This document shows, piece after piece, positions 27,500 to 37,083 of a stretch of DNA of 64,000 bases. Both the position numbers and the translations under genes were made by a program. The DNA comes from an uncultured virus (IMG/VR IMGVR_UViG_3300029286_002633) (Duplodnaviria; Heunggongvirae; Uroviricota; Caudoviricetes), in IMG/VR virus record IMGVR_UViG_3300029286_002633. One strand, written 5' to 3'. Numbering within the stretch: the first letter of the stretch is position 1; the number at the start of each line of letters is the position of its first letter. The notes beneath the pieces are model-generated. The model saw only the letters and a list, made by a program, of their open reading frames with translations, had not been told where the DNA came from and did no database searches.

Positions 27500-27742
27500 T
27501 TGCAGGCGCAGGCGGAAGGCGTAACTCAAGAGGCGACGAAGAAAGTCAATGCGATATGGGCTGGTGAACTTCTTGTTGATTGCCCTTATTGTGATATGGT
27601 CATTGACGTTATCAAAACAGAGGAATGGAAGGATGACTGGGTGCATAAGTTCCCACCATTGCAGAATCTGACTGGTGTGAACGCTGAAATACAATGCCCT
27701 TACTGTGGCTTGCTTTTTATCGTGGAGGATGTCGAATGGTGA
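27500..27742 (+). CDS. Zn-ribbon protein
   Basis: CPYC...CPYC. Confidence 0.7.
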   Translation: MQAQAEGVTQEATKKVNAIWAGELLVDCPYCDMVIDVIKTEEWKDDWVHKFPPLQNLTGVNAEIQCPYCGLLFIVEDVEW

Positions 27743-27818
27743 ATAATCATGTAGTTTCAAAGGAAGTTCATGGTTTTAAATATGAAAGTTTATTAAATCA
27801 TACAGGGCAGGGATAAAG

Positions 27819-27968
27819 ATGAAGAAAACAGTCGAAGATTTACGCACAGAGTTTATGGAATTAGTTCCCAGGTTACTAAAAAATTGTGATGAAGAAGATA
27901 AAACACACGAAGAAACAGCATACATATTGTGGACTTATATTAAAGAAAAGTATGTAGTTGAGGAATAA
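27819..27968 (+). CDS. small hypothetical protein (49 aa)
   Basis: ORF below the track cutoff; purine-rich RBS. Confidence 0.5.
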   Translation: MKKTVEDLRTEFMELVPRLLKNCDEEDKTHEETAYILWTYIKEKYVVEE

Positions 27969-28058
27969 AATGCAATTCGATTGGTTTCAAGGTGGAAGGA
28001 TAGAAGCACAGAAGATATTAAGAATCGTTATTTTTAATGAAAAGCAGGGATAAAAACT

Positions 28059-28241
28059 ATGGCAGAAACAGATGTTCCATGGTGCGTGCATAGTTGCGAT
28101 AAATTAGGTTTTCTTTGTCAAAGATGCGGAGAGACTCATAAATTGGAGATGCCGATTAGCATCACTGAATATGTGAGACAAGCACATGCTTTTGTGGAAT
28201 TACATCGAAACTGTGAGGAGAAACGAGTGGAGAAGAAATAA
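28059..28241 (+). CDS. small Zn-finger protein
   Basis: CQRC...HRNC. Confidence 0.65.
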   Translation: MAETDVPWCVHSCDKLGFLCQRCGETHKLEMPISITEYVRQAHAFVELHRNCEEKRVEKK

Positions 28242-28340
28242 TGACTCGTGTTAAAGCAATATTAGAAGATTTTTGGGATGTTTTTATATATCTTGTAAGA
28301 GAACAGTAAATATGAAGAATCAGGAGAAAAAAGAGAAACC

Positions 28341-29075
28341 ATGAGCATAGATATGGACCAATGGGGAGAATATTACACCAATAAAGAAAATTTAACAAAG
28401 ATAGCGAACGCCTGCAAATATCGTGAAATCATCGTAATCAAGCATCTTCAGGACCGCAACGTCCCTATCCGACCATTGAAGATATTCAAACTTGAACATA
28501 TCCAATTCTGGATAGAACGACTCAGCCTCAAAAAAACACTTTTCGACCTCTATATCAGCAATGCCTCTGTGAAGCTCCCTGAGTTAACATCTAACATACA
28601 ACAGTTGGATATACACAGGAGATACCTCATGGACAACTGGGCATCACTTGTCACCGGTTACGATATCTTTGTTGATGTCGATATAGATGATGTGAACCAA
28701 CGACCAGATGCAGAGAAGATGGCGAGAGAAATGCAAATCCATCTTCATAAGATATCATCTGATGTTGAACTCTGGGATACCACAAGAGGTTATCATGTCA
28801 TCTTGAAAGGGCAGTTCAACCCTGAATACGTCAAGGAGATAGTCCAAGACATCTGTTGTTATAACAACATACCTATGAGTATGCCAATAAAAGATATAGA
28901 CGGTGTTCGTCATGTCGCACGACATGGAAAATGGGTTGAGATGAAGCCTGACGAGGAAGTACCTGATATTAAGAAACCGAACATAGACACTTCTATTTAT
29001 GATGCACGGAGGATACGCCGTGTTCCACATTCTTTGCACTCAAAAACAGGGAAACCAATGGAGAGACTAAAATGA
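28341..29075 (+). CDS. priS: archaeo-eukaryotic primase catalytic subunit (PriS-like)
   Basis: GYDIFVDVD motif I, TRGYHV motif II, IDTSIYD..RIRRVP.SLH.KTG motif III. Confidence 0.85.
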   Translation: MSIDMDQWGEYYTNKENLTKIANACKYREIIVIKHLQDRNVPIRPLKIFKLEHIQFWIERLSLKKTLFDLYISNASVKLPELTSNIQQLDIHRRYLMDNWASLVTGYDIFVDVDIDDVNQRPDAEKMAREMQIHLHKISSDVELWDTTRGYHVILKGQFNPEYVKEIVQDICCYNNIPMSMPIKDIDGVRHVARHGKWVEMKPDEEVPDIKKPNIDTSIYDARRIRRVPHSLHSKTGKPMERLK

Positions 29076-29185
29076 GCAGACAAAGATATTGTGAGCATTG
29101 CAAGAAGGATACGATGCAGGACTGGGTGGCAAAGGATTTCATTTGTAGGATATGTCATAGGATTGTCGAATATCGGGTAGGATAA
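29072..29185 (+). CDS. 37-aa Zn-ribbon microprotein
   Basis: CEHC...CRIC; ATGA coupling to the primase gene. Confidence 0.6.
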   Translation: MSRQRYCEHCKKDTMQDWVAKDFICRICHRIVEYRVG

Positions 29186-29188
29186 ACC

Positions 29189-29509
29189 ATGAAACGAATA
29201 TGCCCAATCTGTCAGAAAGAATATAATCTTGATAAGATGACTGAAAGTATTATCAAGGATTTTCCAGATAAAAAAGAGTTCTGGATAGAATCAAATTGTC
29301 CAGATAATCTAAATCACTTCAAAATACTTAGAAAACGAGAGGTTGCAGAGATACCATTGGAAAAAAAACAGAAAGTACTTGATTTATTCCACAATGGAAA
29401 ATCAATAGGAGAAATCAATAAGGAATTAAATTTTGAAACGATGATTACCTGTGAAATACTACTTCAAAATATAGATAATATCCCTATATTAAGAACAGAG
29501 GCAAGGTAG
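29189..29509 (+). CDS. Zn-finger + HTH protein
   Basis: CPIC..C; LDLFHNGKSIGEINKEL. Confidence 0.65.
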   Translation: MKRICPICQKEYNLDKMTESIIKDFPDKKEFWIESNCPDNLNHFKILRKREVAEIPLEKKQKVLDLFHNGKSIGEINKELNFETMITCEILLQNIDNIPILRTEAR

Positions 29510-29510
29510 A

Positions 29511-29924
29511 ATGGACGAGAAATTAAGATGTTATTTTGTAGAGGCAAAAGGGCATGAAGAACCGAATGGTGTCGCTGTGATAGCAAAGAATCCAGGTAAA
29601 GCAAAGATGTACGCTTTTGGTTATCTCTGCCAATTCGATGTTGATTGGATTGATTTACGACCAAGGCTAACAAAAGATGCAAATATCGTAGGATTGACTG
29701 ATGGGTGTGTTTTTGGTGATGTCGGTGATAAACTTCTTTGGGATGCCCTATACCGTCATATCTATGCTGGCTTATATTGTGGGGTCTGCCCGAATTGTAA
29801 AACAGAGGATATAGATGTCCGTGAAATCTATGATGATGTGTTCGGGTGTGACCATTGTGAAAAAACTTTGACGAAAGAATCCATTAACAATCCTTACATG
29901 AGGGGAGAACTAAAAAATGGTTGA
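29511..29924 (+). CDS. hypothetical protein with C-terminal Zn ribbon
   Basis: CPNC...CDHC. Confidence 0.7.
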   Translation: MDEKLRCYFVEAKGHEEPNGVAVIAKNPGKAKMYAFGYLCQFDVDWIDLRPRLTKDANIVGLTDGCVFGDVGDKLLWDALYRHIYAGLYCGVCPNCKTEDIDVREIYDDVFGCDHCEKTLTKESINNPYMRGELKNG

Positions 29925-30351
29925 AGCGAAGAAACAACGTGTATGTTGTGCCTGTAAAAGACAACGGAAAATCGTGAACGTCGGCGGTCCACCGCTTTGT
30001 GCCGAATGCTATCCACTTGCTCGTAACTGGGGCAACGCACTCGTACATCACGAAGAATTCATGATGTCTCTTGCAGGGATAGAACCAATGAAAATTAATA
30101 CGGGCAAAGATGATGATTTTAGTTATTGGCTGGAAGAAGTCGCAAAGTATCTTGCTGAAGTGAAAATGAGACTAAAGCAGACGGAGATATGCATAACAAA
30201 TGTCTGCACGATGTTACGTAACGAGAAACCAAAAGACCCCGGTGTCAAATGGGTTGTCAATGGAAAATGTATCAGCAAAGGAGAAGTTATCTGCAACCTT
30301 GGGTACGCCTGCGATGGATGCCCATACAATAAGGATGGAAAGAAACAATGA
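29917..30351 (+). CDS. Cys-rich hypothetical protein
   Basis: CCAC..CAEC; C..C...CDGCPY. Confidence 0.7.
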   Translation: MVEAKKQRVCCACKRQRKIVNVGGPPLCAECYPLARNWGNALVHHEEFMMSLAGIEPMKINTGKDDDFSYWLEEVAKYLAEVKMRLKQTEICITNVCTMLRNEKPKDPGVKWVVNGKCISKGEVICNLGYACDGCPYNKDGKKQ

Positions 30352-31268
30352 ACCGACTTAAAAAGATACTGCCGAAAAACAAATACACCGTGAAAATGTA
30401 TAGATTCGCAAAGAACATCAAAAAACAACCATACCCGAATTACTATCCAACTGATTTAAACTTTGAGATGACAACCTATTGCAACTCGAACTGTCTTTTT
30501 TGTACACGAGAAAACCTCATATCGAATAATCAAAGACCTTTGAAGCACATGAGCATGGAAACATTCCATAAGACCTTGAATTTATTTAAAAGACTTACCG
30601 ATGAAATACCACCAACCATGTTGAAAATAAACCCAACCGGACTTGGGGAACCAACACTACATCCGCAACTATGGTGTGCATTGCATCAAGTTAGAGATGA
30701 ATTCCCACACAGCAGAATCCTGATGAACACCAATGGAGTAGGTTTAAATGAAGCCCAAGCACAGGACATACTTGATAGCCCTCTTGATTGCATGTGCATC
30801 AGCATTAGATTTGCAGATAGAAAATCATACATGGAGAACTCCGGTGTTGACAAATATGATGTGGTAGTTGAAAACGTCAAAGAGTTCCTCAAAATGCGAA
30901 ATAACAACCTGGACGTCCATCTTCAGGTGTTCGAGACGCAGGACATCAGTAAATTCTACAAGATTTGGTCTCCCCTGTTGAATGAGAACGACAGCATCAC
31001 CATCCAGCATTATATTGACCTTGTTGGTTGGAGGAACGGTACTTTCTGTAGGAAGAAACCATGTGGACAACCCTGGTCCCTCATTGTAGTCGATGTAGAT
31101 GGGAACATCTATCCTTGCTGTGAAGGAGTATGGATTCCGCATGATGAATCATTATGCATTGGCAACGTAGATGACAGCAAAGATGCAATCTTCAAACGAG
31201 TAGATGCTGTACGAGCAAGTCATTTGAATAAAGAGTTCATGAAACCATGCAAACATTGTCCGGTGTGA
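30348..31268 (+). CDS. radical SAM enzyme with SPASM/Twitch domain
   Basis: CNSNCLFC, GLGEPTLHP, NTNG, C.QPW...V..DG.IYPCC, CKHC. Confidence 0.9.
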   Translation: MNRLKKILPKNKYTVKMYRFAKNIKKQPYPNYYPTDLNFEMTTYCNSNCLFCTRENLISNNQRPLKHMSMETFHKTLNLFKRLTDEIPPTMLKINPTGLGEPTLHPQLWCALHQVRDEFPHSRILMNTNGVGLNEAQAQDILDSPLDCMCISIRFADRKSYMENSGVDKYDVVVENVKEFLKMRNNNLDVHLQVFETQDISKFYKIWSPLLNENDSITIQHYIDLVGWRNGTFCRKKPCGQPWSLIVVDVDGNIYPCCEGVWIPHDESLCIGNVDDSKDAIFKRVDAVRASHLNKEFMKPCKHCPV

Positions 31269-31274
31269 TAAAAA

Positions 31275-31565
31275 ATGGCGAAATGTCCAATCTGCGGTAA
31301 TGAATACCAAAAAACTGAAGCATGTCCTGACTGTGCAAAGAAGATACACAAGAAACTCACGATAGCCTGTGTATTGGAATGTCCACCAAACGGCATCTCA
31401 AAACAAGATGGTGTGTACATACTTGACCAAATCACTAAACTATTCATCAGCAGGGGAATCGCCCCGATAGACATCCAGTTCCTTGAACAATATGTTTGGA
31501 TGGATGTCAGCATATCAAAAGATGAGATAGAAAAACTACAAAAAGAAGGGGTGTTTCGACGATGA
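31275..31565 (+). CDS. Zn-ribbon protein
   Basis: CPIC...CPDC. Confidence 0.65.
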   Translation: MAKCPICGNEYQKTEACPDCAKKIHKKLTIACVLECPPNGISKQDGVYILDQITKLFISRGIAPIDIQFLEQYVWMDVSISKDEIEKLQKEGVFRR

Positions 31566-31660
31566 GGAAAATATCGGCTACAGACATAGTTCTGCTAATA
31601 GGATGCTCTATTTTCATCATAGGCACACTCTATTTTATTTTTTCAACAATGAGGTAAACC

Positions 31661-31984
31661 ATGAGATTAGAAAAACATAAACCAACAGATATGGCACTCA
31701 GTTACTTCTTCATCGTGATATTCATAATCATATTGATTATCATGGCGTGCTGGGCGGTAGACATATCAGTATCATCACTGCTCACAACAAAATACGTTGC
31801 ACCCAGCACACTCACCAACGGATTCTGGTTCACAGACCCAGCGAAACTCTACCACATCGGCTTGTATATCATCGTGCTTTTCACGGCATGCCTGTCGTTC
31901 TTATGTGTACGGCTTATAATCAATAACTACCGATATAAATTGCTGCTGGAACAACATGGCATATCAACCAAGCAAACCAAATAA
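31661..31984 (+). CDS. 2-TM membrane protein
   Basis: GAGGT RBS; two hydrophobic helices. Confidence 0.7.
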   Translation: MRLEKHKPTDMALSYFFIVIFIIILIIMACWAVDISVSSLLTTKYVAPSTLTNGFWFTDPAKLYHIGLYIIVLFTACLSFLCVRLIINNYRYKLLLEQHGISTKQTK

Positions 31985-32135
31985 ACTCGGGTCAATCAGA
32001 CCATATCGAATAGGGAAAAGTGACCGTAAGGGATTGAAGATGTGCGATGGCTGTCACCATCTCTTTCCGAGGAAAGAAATGAAGCAATCAAGAAATGGAT
32101 TACGCTGCAAATACTGTTTGGAGAAAAAACTATGA
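31956..32135 (+). CDS. 59-aa Zn-finger protein
   Basis: CDGC...CKYC; ATGA coupling to the glutaredoxin gene. Confidence 0.55.
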   Translation: MAYQPSKPNKLGSIRPYRIGKSDRKGLKMCDGCHHLFPRKEMKQSRNGLRCKYCLEKKL

Positions 32136-32389
32136 AAATAATTCTTTATAGCATGGCGACATGCTCACGCTGTAAAACAGCACGAATGATGCTTGAGAAA
32201 CGAGGATTCATCGAAGGAAAACACTATGAGCATATTACTCTCACGCATGCTGATGAAATAGCAGGAAGGGAACTACCATTTCTACAGATTGATGATAAAT
32301 CCTACGTGGGGAAGAATGCATTAATGAAAATAAGGGAATTAAAACTTTCACTTATCCCCCCTGAAACTATTAAAATAAATTTTCAATAG
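32132..32389 (+). CDS. glutaredoxin/NrdH-like protein
   Basis: IILYS..TCSRC...L...G ... LP.LQID. Confidence 0.8.
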   Translation: MKIILYSMATCSRCKTARMMLEKRGFIEGKHYEHITLTHADEIAGRELPFLQIDDKSYVGKNALMKIRELKLSLIPPETIKINFQ

Positions 32390-32422
32390 CAAGGAAACAG
32401 CAGAAACTGGAGACGTTCGTAA

Positions 32423-33340
32423 ATGACAAAACTAAAAAAGGTATATAAAATAAAGAACGGACTTGAAACTTCTGAAATGAAAGAATGTCGTCCAAGAGAA
32501 TTACCTTTGAGTAGCAAATATATAGAGAAATGGTGGTTCGATGCTATACGATGTGTTTATGAGTATGAAAAACAAAGAGGATTGGTTGGTAGACATCTCA
32601 TGTTTAGCGATGACCGTATATCATCTGGTCTAAAACTTTATAGAGAAAAACACATAACAGAAATTACAATAACAACTGAAAATGGGGGGGATGTGTTAGG
32701 TTATGTGACTTCAGAGGATGAAACCGATAAATATGTTGTCGTTATAAAAAATTTCTCACCCATATCCCCTACCAACTTTGCATATCAACGAGAGACGTTC
32801 ATATCTAATTTGCAAATATCTTGTTCCTGCTCCGACCATATGTTATCAAGATATAGAGAGAACGCTTCGCTCTGTTGTAAGCATATTTCAAGTATTTTTT
32901 GGATGTTACAAGAACCAAGATGGCATATGCCAAAAATCTTTATTACCCCTGAAGAAAGAATAGTTGGTATCGCTAAATCAGATACCACGGAAATTGAGAC
33001 TGAGATACGTGCAATGCCTTTAGTCAAGTTCACACAATTCATCAATGTTTTACAATTGAATAAATTTCGTGGGATGGAACCAGCATTGGGCTTGAGTGTC
33101 CATAGAATATCAAATGAAGACCATAGCGAACTCGGTAAACCTCAATGGTTGACATATACGAGTACGGAGTTGTCGGAAATAGAACGTCTCCTGCGTGGCT
33201 GTGTAAAGGTTTATAAGGAAATTCTGTTATCACAACAAGTTGAGAGTTCGGTGATTACTGAAAAAATTGACAAGTTAGTTGAAAGACCTCAAATTGAAAA
33301 GAAAAAGCGTTTTTGGTTTTTCCTCCAAAGAAAATCATAA
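32423..33340 (+). CDS. SWIM zinc-finger protein
   Basis: SCSCSD...CKHI. Confidence 0.75.
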   Translation: MTKLKKVYKIKNGLETSEMKECRPRELPLSSKYIEKWWFDAIRCVYEYEKQRGLVGRHLMFSDDRISSGLKLYREKHITEITITTENGGDVLGYVTSEDETDKYVVVIKNFSPISPTNFAYQRETFISNLQISCSCSDHMLSRYRENASLCCKHISSIFWMLQEPRWHMPKIFITPEERIVGIAKSDTTEIETEIRAMPLVKFTQFINVLQLNKFRGMEPALGLSVHRISNEDHSELGKPQWLTYTSTELSEIERLLRGCVKVYKEILLSQQVESSVITEKIDKLVERPQIEKKKRFWFFLQRKS

Positions 33341-33342
33341 CC

Positions 33343-33376
33343 ATCGCCCCCATGAGGTCGGGGGCACGATTTTTTT
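33343..33376 (+). terminator. GC hairpin + T-run
   Basis: GCCCCC-ATGAGGTC-GGGGGC followed by T7. Confidence 0.55.
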
Positions 33377-33388
33377 AATGAAGGTGAT

Positions 33389-33862
33389 ATGGTGAGGCAT
33401 GAAATAACAGACGACCGGGATAGGACGTATTCAAGGTGGCATAGGCGGTTTGATGGTGAGTATCGTTTTATTGATGTTGACCATGTTGAGTATTGTCCTT
33501 ATTGTAATGAGCCTTTGGCTTTGATTGAGACCGCTATTGATAATGGTCAGACGCATAAGTGTTCTACGGTAACAACTATTTTGGCACGTAAAATGGGGCT
33601 TCCTTCTTTTGTTGTGTTGTATCTTCCTGTGGGTTATGATGATATTCATACGTTTCGTGTGAAGAAGACGAATCCATCTGAGGATGTTTTTTATGAATTG
33701 AAACCGGAGGAATATCTTGATTTGTTGACTCGTTTGCATGTGAAACATAATGTGATTTGTAGTAAGTATTCAAATGAAAAGAGGATTTTGAATGAGAGTT
33801 TTACAGAGAATGAGGCGAAAAGAAAGCCTAAAACTCCGACAGATATCACAGAATGGTTTTAG
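33389..33862 (+). CDS. hypothetical protein, possible PD-(D/E)XK-like fold with Zn ligands
   Basis: FIDVD..E.CPYC...LALIET; AAGGTGA RBS; G/T-rich composition. Confidence 0.6.
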   Translation: MVRHEITDDRDRTYSRWHRRFDGEYRFIDVDHVEYCPYCNEPLALIETAIDNGQTHKCSTVTTILARKMGLPSFVVLYLPVGYDDIHTFRVKKTNPSEDVFYELKPEEYLDLLTRLHVKHNVICSKYSNEKRILNESFTENEAKRKPKTPTDITEWF

Positions 33863-33993
33863 TTGTTGTTATAACAACAAAAGATGATACCCCTTCGGGA
33901 TGCCCCCCTAAGTTGAGGTCCGAGGGGGGGTTCCCAAGGGAAAATTGAGGAGGGTGGTGTTGTCCGGAGGTTTGATTTTGAGGCTCGGTGAGG
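33863..33993. other. 18-bp palindrome, long GC hairpin and phased TTGAGG repeats (candidate origin or cis site)
   Basis: TTGTTGTTATAACAACAA 33863-33880; hairpin 33891-33940; TTGAGG at 33913, 33945, 33978. Confidence 0.5.
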
Positions 33994-34073
33994 AGAGGAC
34001 CTTTTAGACAACACTCAAGGATGGACTCCAATTGAATTAATACTTCGTAAATTTATATATTATGCTACTACTA

Positions 34074-34103
34074 CGTATACGTTATCGTCGCAAACTATTT
34101 CAT
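34074..34103 (+). promoter_or_regulatory. element promoter motif copy (variant)
   Basis: CGTATACGTTATCGTCGCA with TATTTCA at +22. Confidence 0.7.
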
Positions 34104-34132
34104 ATTAGTAAACATTTTTAATCTTGATATAT

Positions 34133-35812
34133 ATGAAAGAGCAAAGCAAATTAATTTTACTTGGTTTAGTAGCACTGATAGTCGTTGCTTTTGTTTTTAA
34201 CCAAGGACCGAAACCAACTGGCACAGGAACGATGGGAACAATGTCTGTTGATGATTCCCCGATGATTGGTGTTCAGTACATCGCTGATGCCTGCATTGTC
34301 CAAGTAATCACTTATGATGGTAAAACAAACACCGGATTAGGTGGAGTTGCTGTGACTATTGGTTTAAGGACGTTTACCACGGGAGCCACGTATACCGCTA
34401 ATTTTGGTGCTTTTGCATTTGGTAGTTATTCTGTGAAGGCAACTAAAACAGGATATAATACATTTACCTCCACTGTTTCTCTCATAGGGCTTTTCAAGAC
34501 AGTATCTATTTATTTAACACCTACTACAACAGCCCCACCCGTGACGTCGCCTCCCTCTCCAACACTTGTTCAAATCACAATTAAAACAATACCGTCATCT
34601 GGTTATGCGACAATCAATGGGGATAAACGTCCAACAGGAACAAACGGCGCTATTTTCACTCTCACAAATGGTCAAACATACACTGTCACCCTTTCTAAAG
34701 AACATTACTTGACACAGACTCAGACGTTCACTGTCAGTGGCGTAGCAACAAAAACATATACCTTATATGAAGACTCAAGTAACCCATTGCCACCTCCTCC
34801 ACCTGCAACATATACTTTGACTGTGACGACAACACCGGCAGATTGTACTGTGACAATGGCTGGTCAAGGGACTAAACAATCACCGGCTGCATTCCCCGGG
34901 CTTCTCGCAGGAACCTATTATGTTTCAATAACGAAAACAGGTTGGACAAGCATTTTGAATGAGCCAGTCGTAGTCGATATGACAAAATCCGTCCCGTTTG
35001 TTTTAAATCAAAACAACTACACTTTAATAGTGAAGACAACTCCATCGGATGCTACTGTAACGGTCAACGGAGCAGCAAAACCATCAGGCACGTTAGGCGC
35101 ACCATTCAGTTTAACACCCGGCATCTATCAAGTCCAGGTTGTTAAACAAGGGTATACGACAAAGATAGAGAATGTGAATGTTGATGCGACCAAGGAGGTA
35201 ACTATCCCTCTTAGCGTAGTGCCAATAACAATAACAATTTTCACGCAACCAACTGAGGCGACTGTGAGCATCCCTGGTCAGACTCCGCAGAACTCTGGGA
35301 CAACCGGTGCTCTTTTTACTAATTTGAATCCTGGTCAATATGCTGTCACCGTGTCGAAACAAGGGTATGTGACGACAACAGAGCAGGTTGTCGCAAATGC
35401 AGATACGCAAAGGACGATAACATTATATGTGACACAAGCGCCAACACCAGGCGGCAACGAAACTCCGGCACCATCTACTCCAACTACACGGACGTTAACC
35501 ATCGTCACCTCTCCAACTGGTGCTTTTGTGCAAGTGAACAATGTCGGAAACATGTATTCCAACGTCAACGATGGTAAAGCAATATTCTACGGTGTCTCAC
35601 CAGGCACATACACTGTGACCGTTAATCTCAGTGGCTACGATGACCTTATATCACCTGCGACAGTCACAGCCTCAGCCGATGCACAATACACCTTCTCCTT
35701 ATCGAAAGGAACGGTGACTGAGACGAAGAAGACACCTGGATTCGAGATGATTGTCCTTATCGCTGCACTTGGCATCGCAATGATTCTCATCAAAAAGGGA
35801 AGAAAGAAATAA
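34133..35812 (+). CDS. PEGA-repeat surface protein with PGF-CTERM
   Basis: Repeated T.P..A.V.V.G...L.PG.Y.V.V.K.GY; TPGFE + TM + KKGRKK. Confidence 0.9.
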   Translation: MKEQSKLILLGLVALIVVAFVFNQGPKPTGTGTMGTMSVDDSPMIGVQYIADACIVQVITYDGKTNTGLGGVAVTIGLRTFTTGATYTANFGAFAFGSYSVKATKTGYNTFTSTVSLIGLFKTVSIYLTPTTTAPPVTSPPSPTLVQITIKTIPSSGYATINGDKRPTGTNGAIFTLTNGQTYTVTLSKEHYLTQTQTFTVSGVATKTYTLYEDSSNPLPPPPPATYTLTVTTTPADCTVTMAGQGTKQSPAAFPGLLAGTYYVSITKTGWTSILNEPVVVDMTKSVPFVLNQNNYTLIVKTTPSDATVTVNGAAKPSGTLGAPFSLTPGIYQVQVVKQGYTTKIENVNVDATKEVTIPLSVVPITITIFTQPTEATVSIPGQTPQNSGTTGALFTNLNPGQYAVTVSKQGYVTTTEQVVANADTQRTITLYVTQAPTPGGNETPAPSTPTTRTLTIVTSPTGAFVQVNNVGNMYSNVNDGKAIFYGVSPGTYTVTVNLSGYDDLISPATVTASADAQYTFSLSKGTVTETKKTPGFEMIVLIAALGIAMILIKKGRKK

Positions 35813-35829
35813 TTCTTCTTTTTCTTTTT

Positions 35830-35859
35830 TGTATACCTTATTGTCGCAATACTTATAAC
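35830..35859 (+). promoter_or_regulatory. element promoter motif copy
   Basis: TGTATACCTTATTGTCGCA with TTATAA at +23. Confidence 0.8.
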
Positions 35860-35881
35860 ATTACAGGAAGTTTATTCATCT

Positions 35882-36403
35882 ATGGATGATAGACCGCGAT
35901 GTCTTAAATGCAATCAAAAACTCCGGTATCGGCGGTCCGCAGGAAAACCTATCTGCGTCAATGAAGAATGCGAAAATCACTTTAAAGGGGATTGTTTTAG
36001 CAGATATCGTGAGCGTTCCAAACCAGGTGGAACTTTAAGCATTCCACTTCAACTTTATGGACAACCTCATGAAAAAATAAACTATGAATGCGATGGTTTT
36101 AAAGTCATTCAAAATGGTTGCAATAAATATGATAGCGTAATAAATTGTACACGAAGATATCTTGACATGTTGGACTGCGACAAATATTCCTATGACAAGC
36201 ATTCAAAAAATGTGCATTTGGCTTGTGAAAAAGATGGTTTTCTATTATGTTTAGTGGTTTCAAAACCACATCCACAAAAATCTGCTCCGTCACCAGACCG
36301 TGAAACGTATCGCTATCTTTGGGATTGGCGTCATACTCCTGGACCACATCCAAAACCACCATCTGGTCATGGTAGAGGATGGAAATTTGAATTCTATAAA
36401 TAA
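35882..36403 (+). CDS. Cys-rich hypothetical protein
   Basis: CLKC...C...C; bounded by two motif copies. Confidence 0.7.
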   Translation: MDDRPRCLKCNQKLRYRRSAGKPICVNEECENHFKGDCFSRYRERSKPGGTLSIPLQLYGQPHEKINYECDGFKVIQNGCNKYDSVINCTRRYLDMLDCDKYSYDKHSKNVHLACEKDGFLLCLVVSKPHPQKSAPSPDRETYRYLWDWRHTPGPHPKPPSGHGRGWKFEFYK

Positions 36404-36405
36404 TT

Positions 36406-36435
36406 TGTATACTTATTTGTCCTAAAGTATAAAAC
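36406..36435 (+). promoter_or_regulatory. element promoter motif copy
   Basis: TGTATACTTATTTG with TATAAAA at +22. Confidence 0.8.
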
Positions 36436-36467
36436 ATTATAAGACATTTTGTAAATTGTGATTAAAA

Positions 36468-36902
36468 ATGGTTACATACGAGGAATGTAAAAGAAAGGGC
36501 GGAACATATCGAGATGGAAAATGTACCATTAAAAGTTCTAATTCTAAAACACCATGGGGACTTATATTCATAGCACTTTTAATCGGAGTAATATTTTATG
36601 CACTTATAACTTCTCAAGGAGTAATCCAATCGCAATCAGATGAATCAAAGTTCGTTGGAGATTGGCAAGCCGCTACAATAGATGGTCCTTTTATTAGACG
36701 TTTTTATTCAGATGGAACCGCACTATTGGATGGAGCAACATCTTCTTGGAAAATCGTCGATAATATTTTGGTTGTCACATACCATGATTATTATGTCGAT
36801 ATATCATATACATATTCTTATCAATTTTCTGCAAATGGAAATGTGTTAGATTTGTATAGCACAACTATAGTTGACCATTGGCATCTCATTAGATTAAATT
36901 AA
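36468..36902 (+). CDS. single-TM protein with small beta-barrel ectodomain
   Basis: TM, then SKFVGDW...FYSDGT...W.I.DN.L...Y.FS..GN.L (lipocalin-like pattern). Confidence 0.65.
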   Translation: MVTYEECKRKGGTYRDGKCTIKSSNSKTPWGLIFIALLIGVIFYALITSQGVIQSQSDESKFVGDWQAATIDGPFIRRFYSDGTALLDGATSSWKIVDNILVVTYHDYYVDISYTYSYQFSANGNVLDLYSTTIVDHWHLIRLN

Positions 36903-36909
36903 AGACTTT

Positions 36910-36939
36910 TGTATACCTACTTGTCACAACACATAAAAG
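36910..36939 (+). promoter_or_regulatory. element promoter motif copy
   Basis: TGTATACCTACTTGTCACA with CATAAAA at +22. Confidence 0.75.
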
Positions 36940-36959
36940 GTTACAAACTATTTTTAATT

Positions 36960-37041
36960 CCGAAAGGAAAAGTGGCAACCGCTCTTTCCTTGTAATGTGA
37001 TACAAAACAGGGAGGCTTTTGCCTCCAACCCCTTTGGGGGT
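36960..37041 (+). ncRNA. candidate small RNA (three hairpins)
   Basis: AAGGAAAAGTGG/CCGCTCTTTCCTT, GGAGGC/GCCTCC, ACCCC/GGGGT; no ORF behind the motif promoter. Confidence 0.55.
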
Positions 37042-37083
37042 ATAAACCAAAACATTTATTAGAAAAATAAGGGATTACAGATT

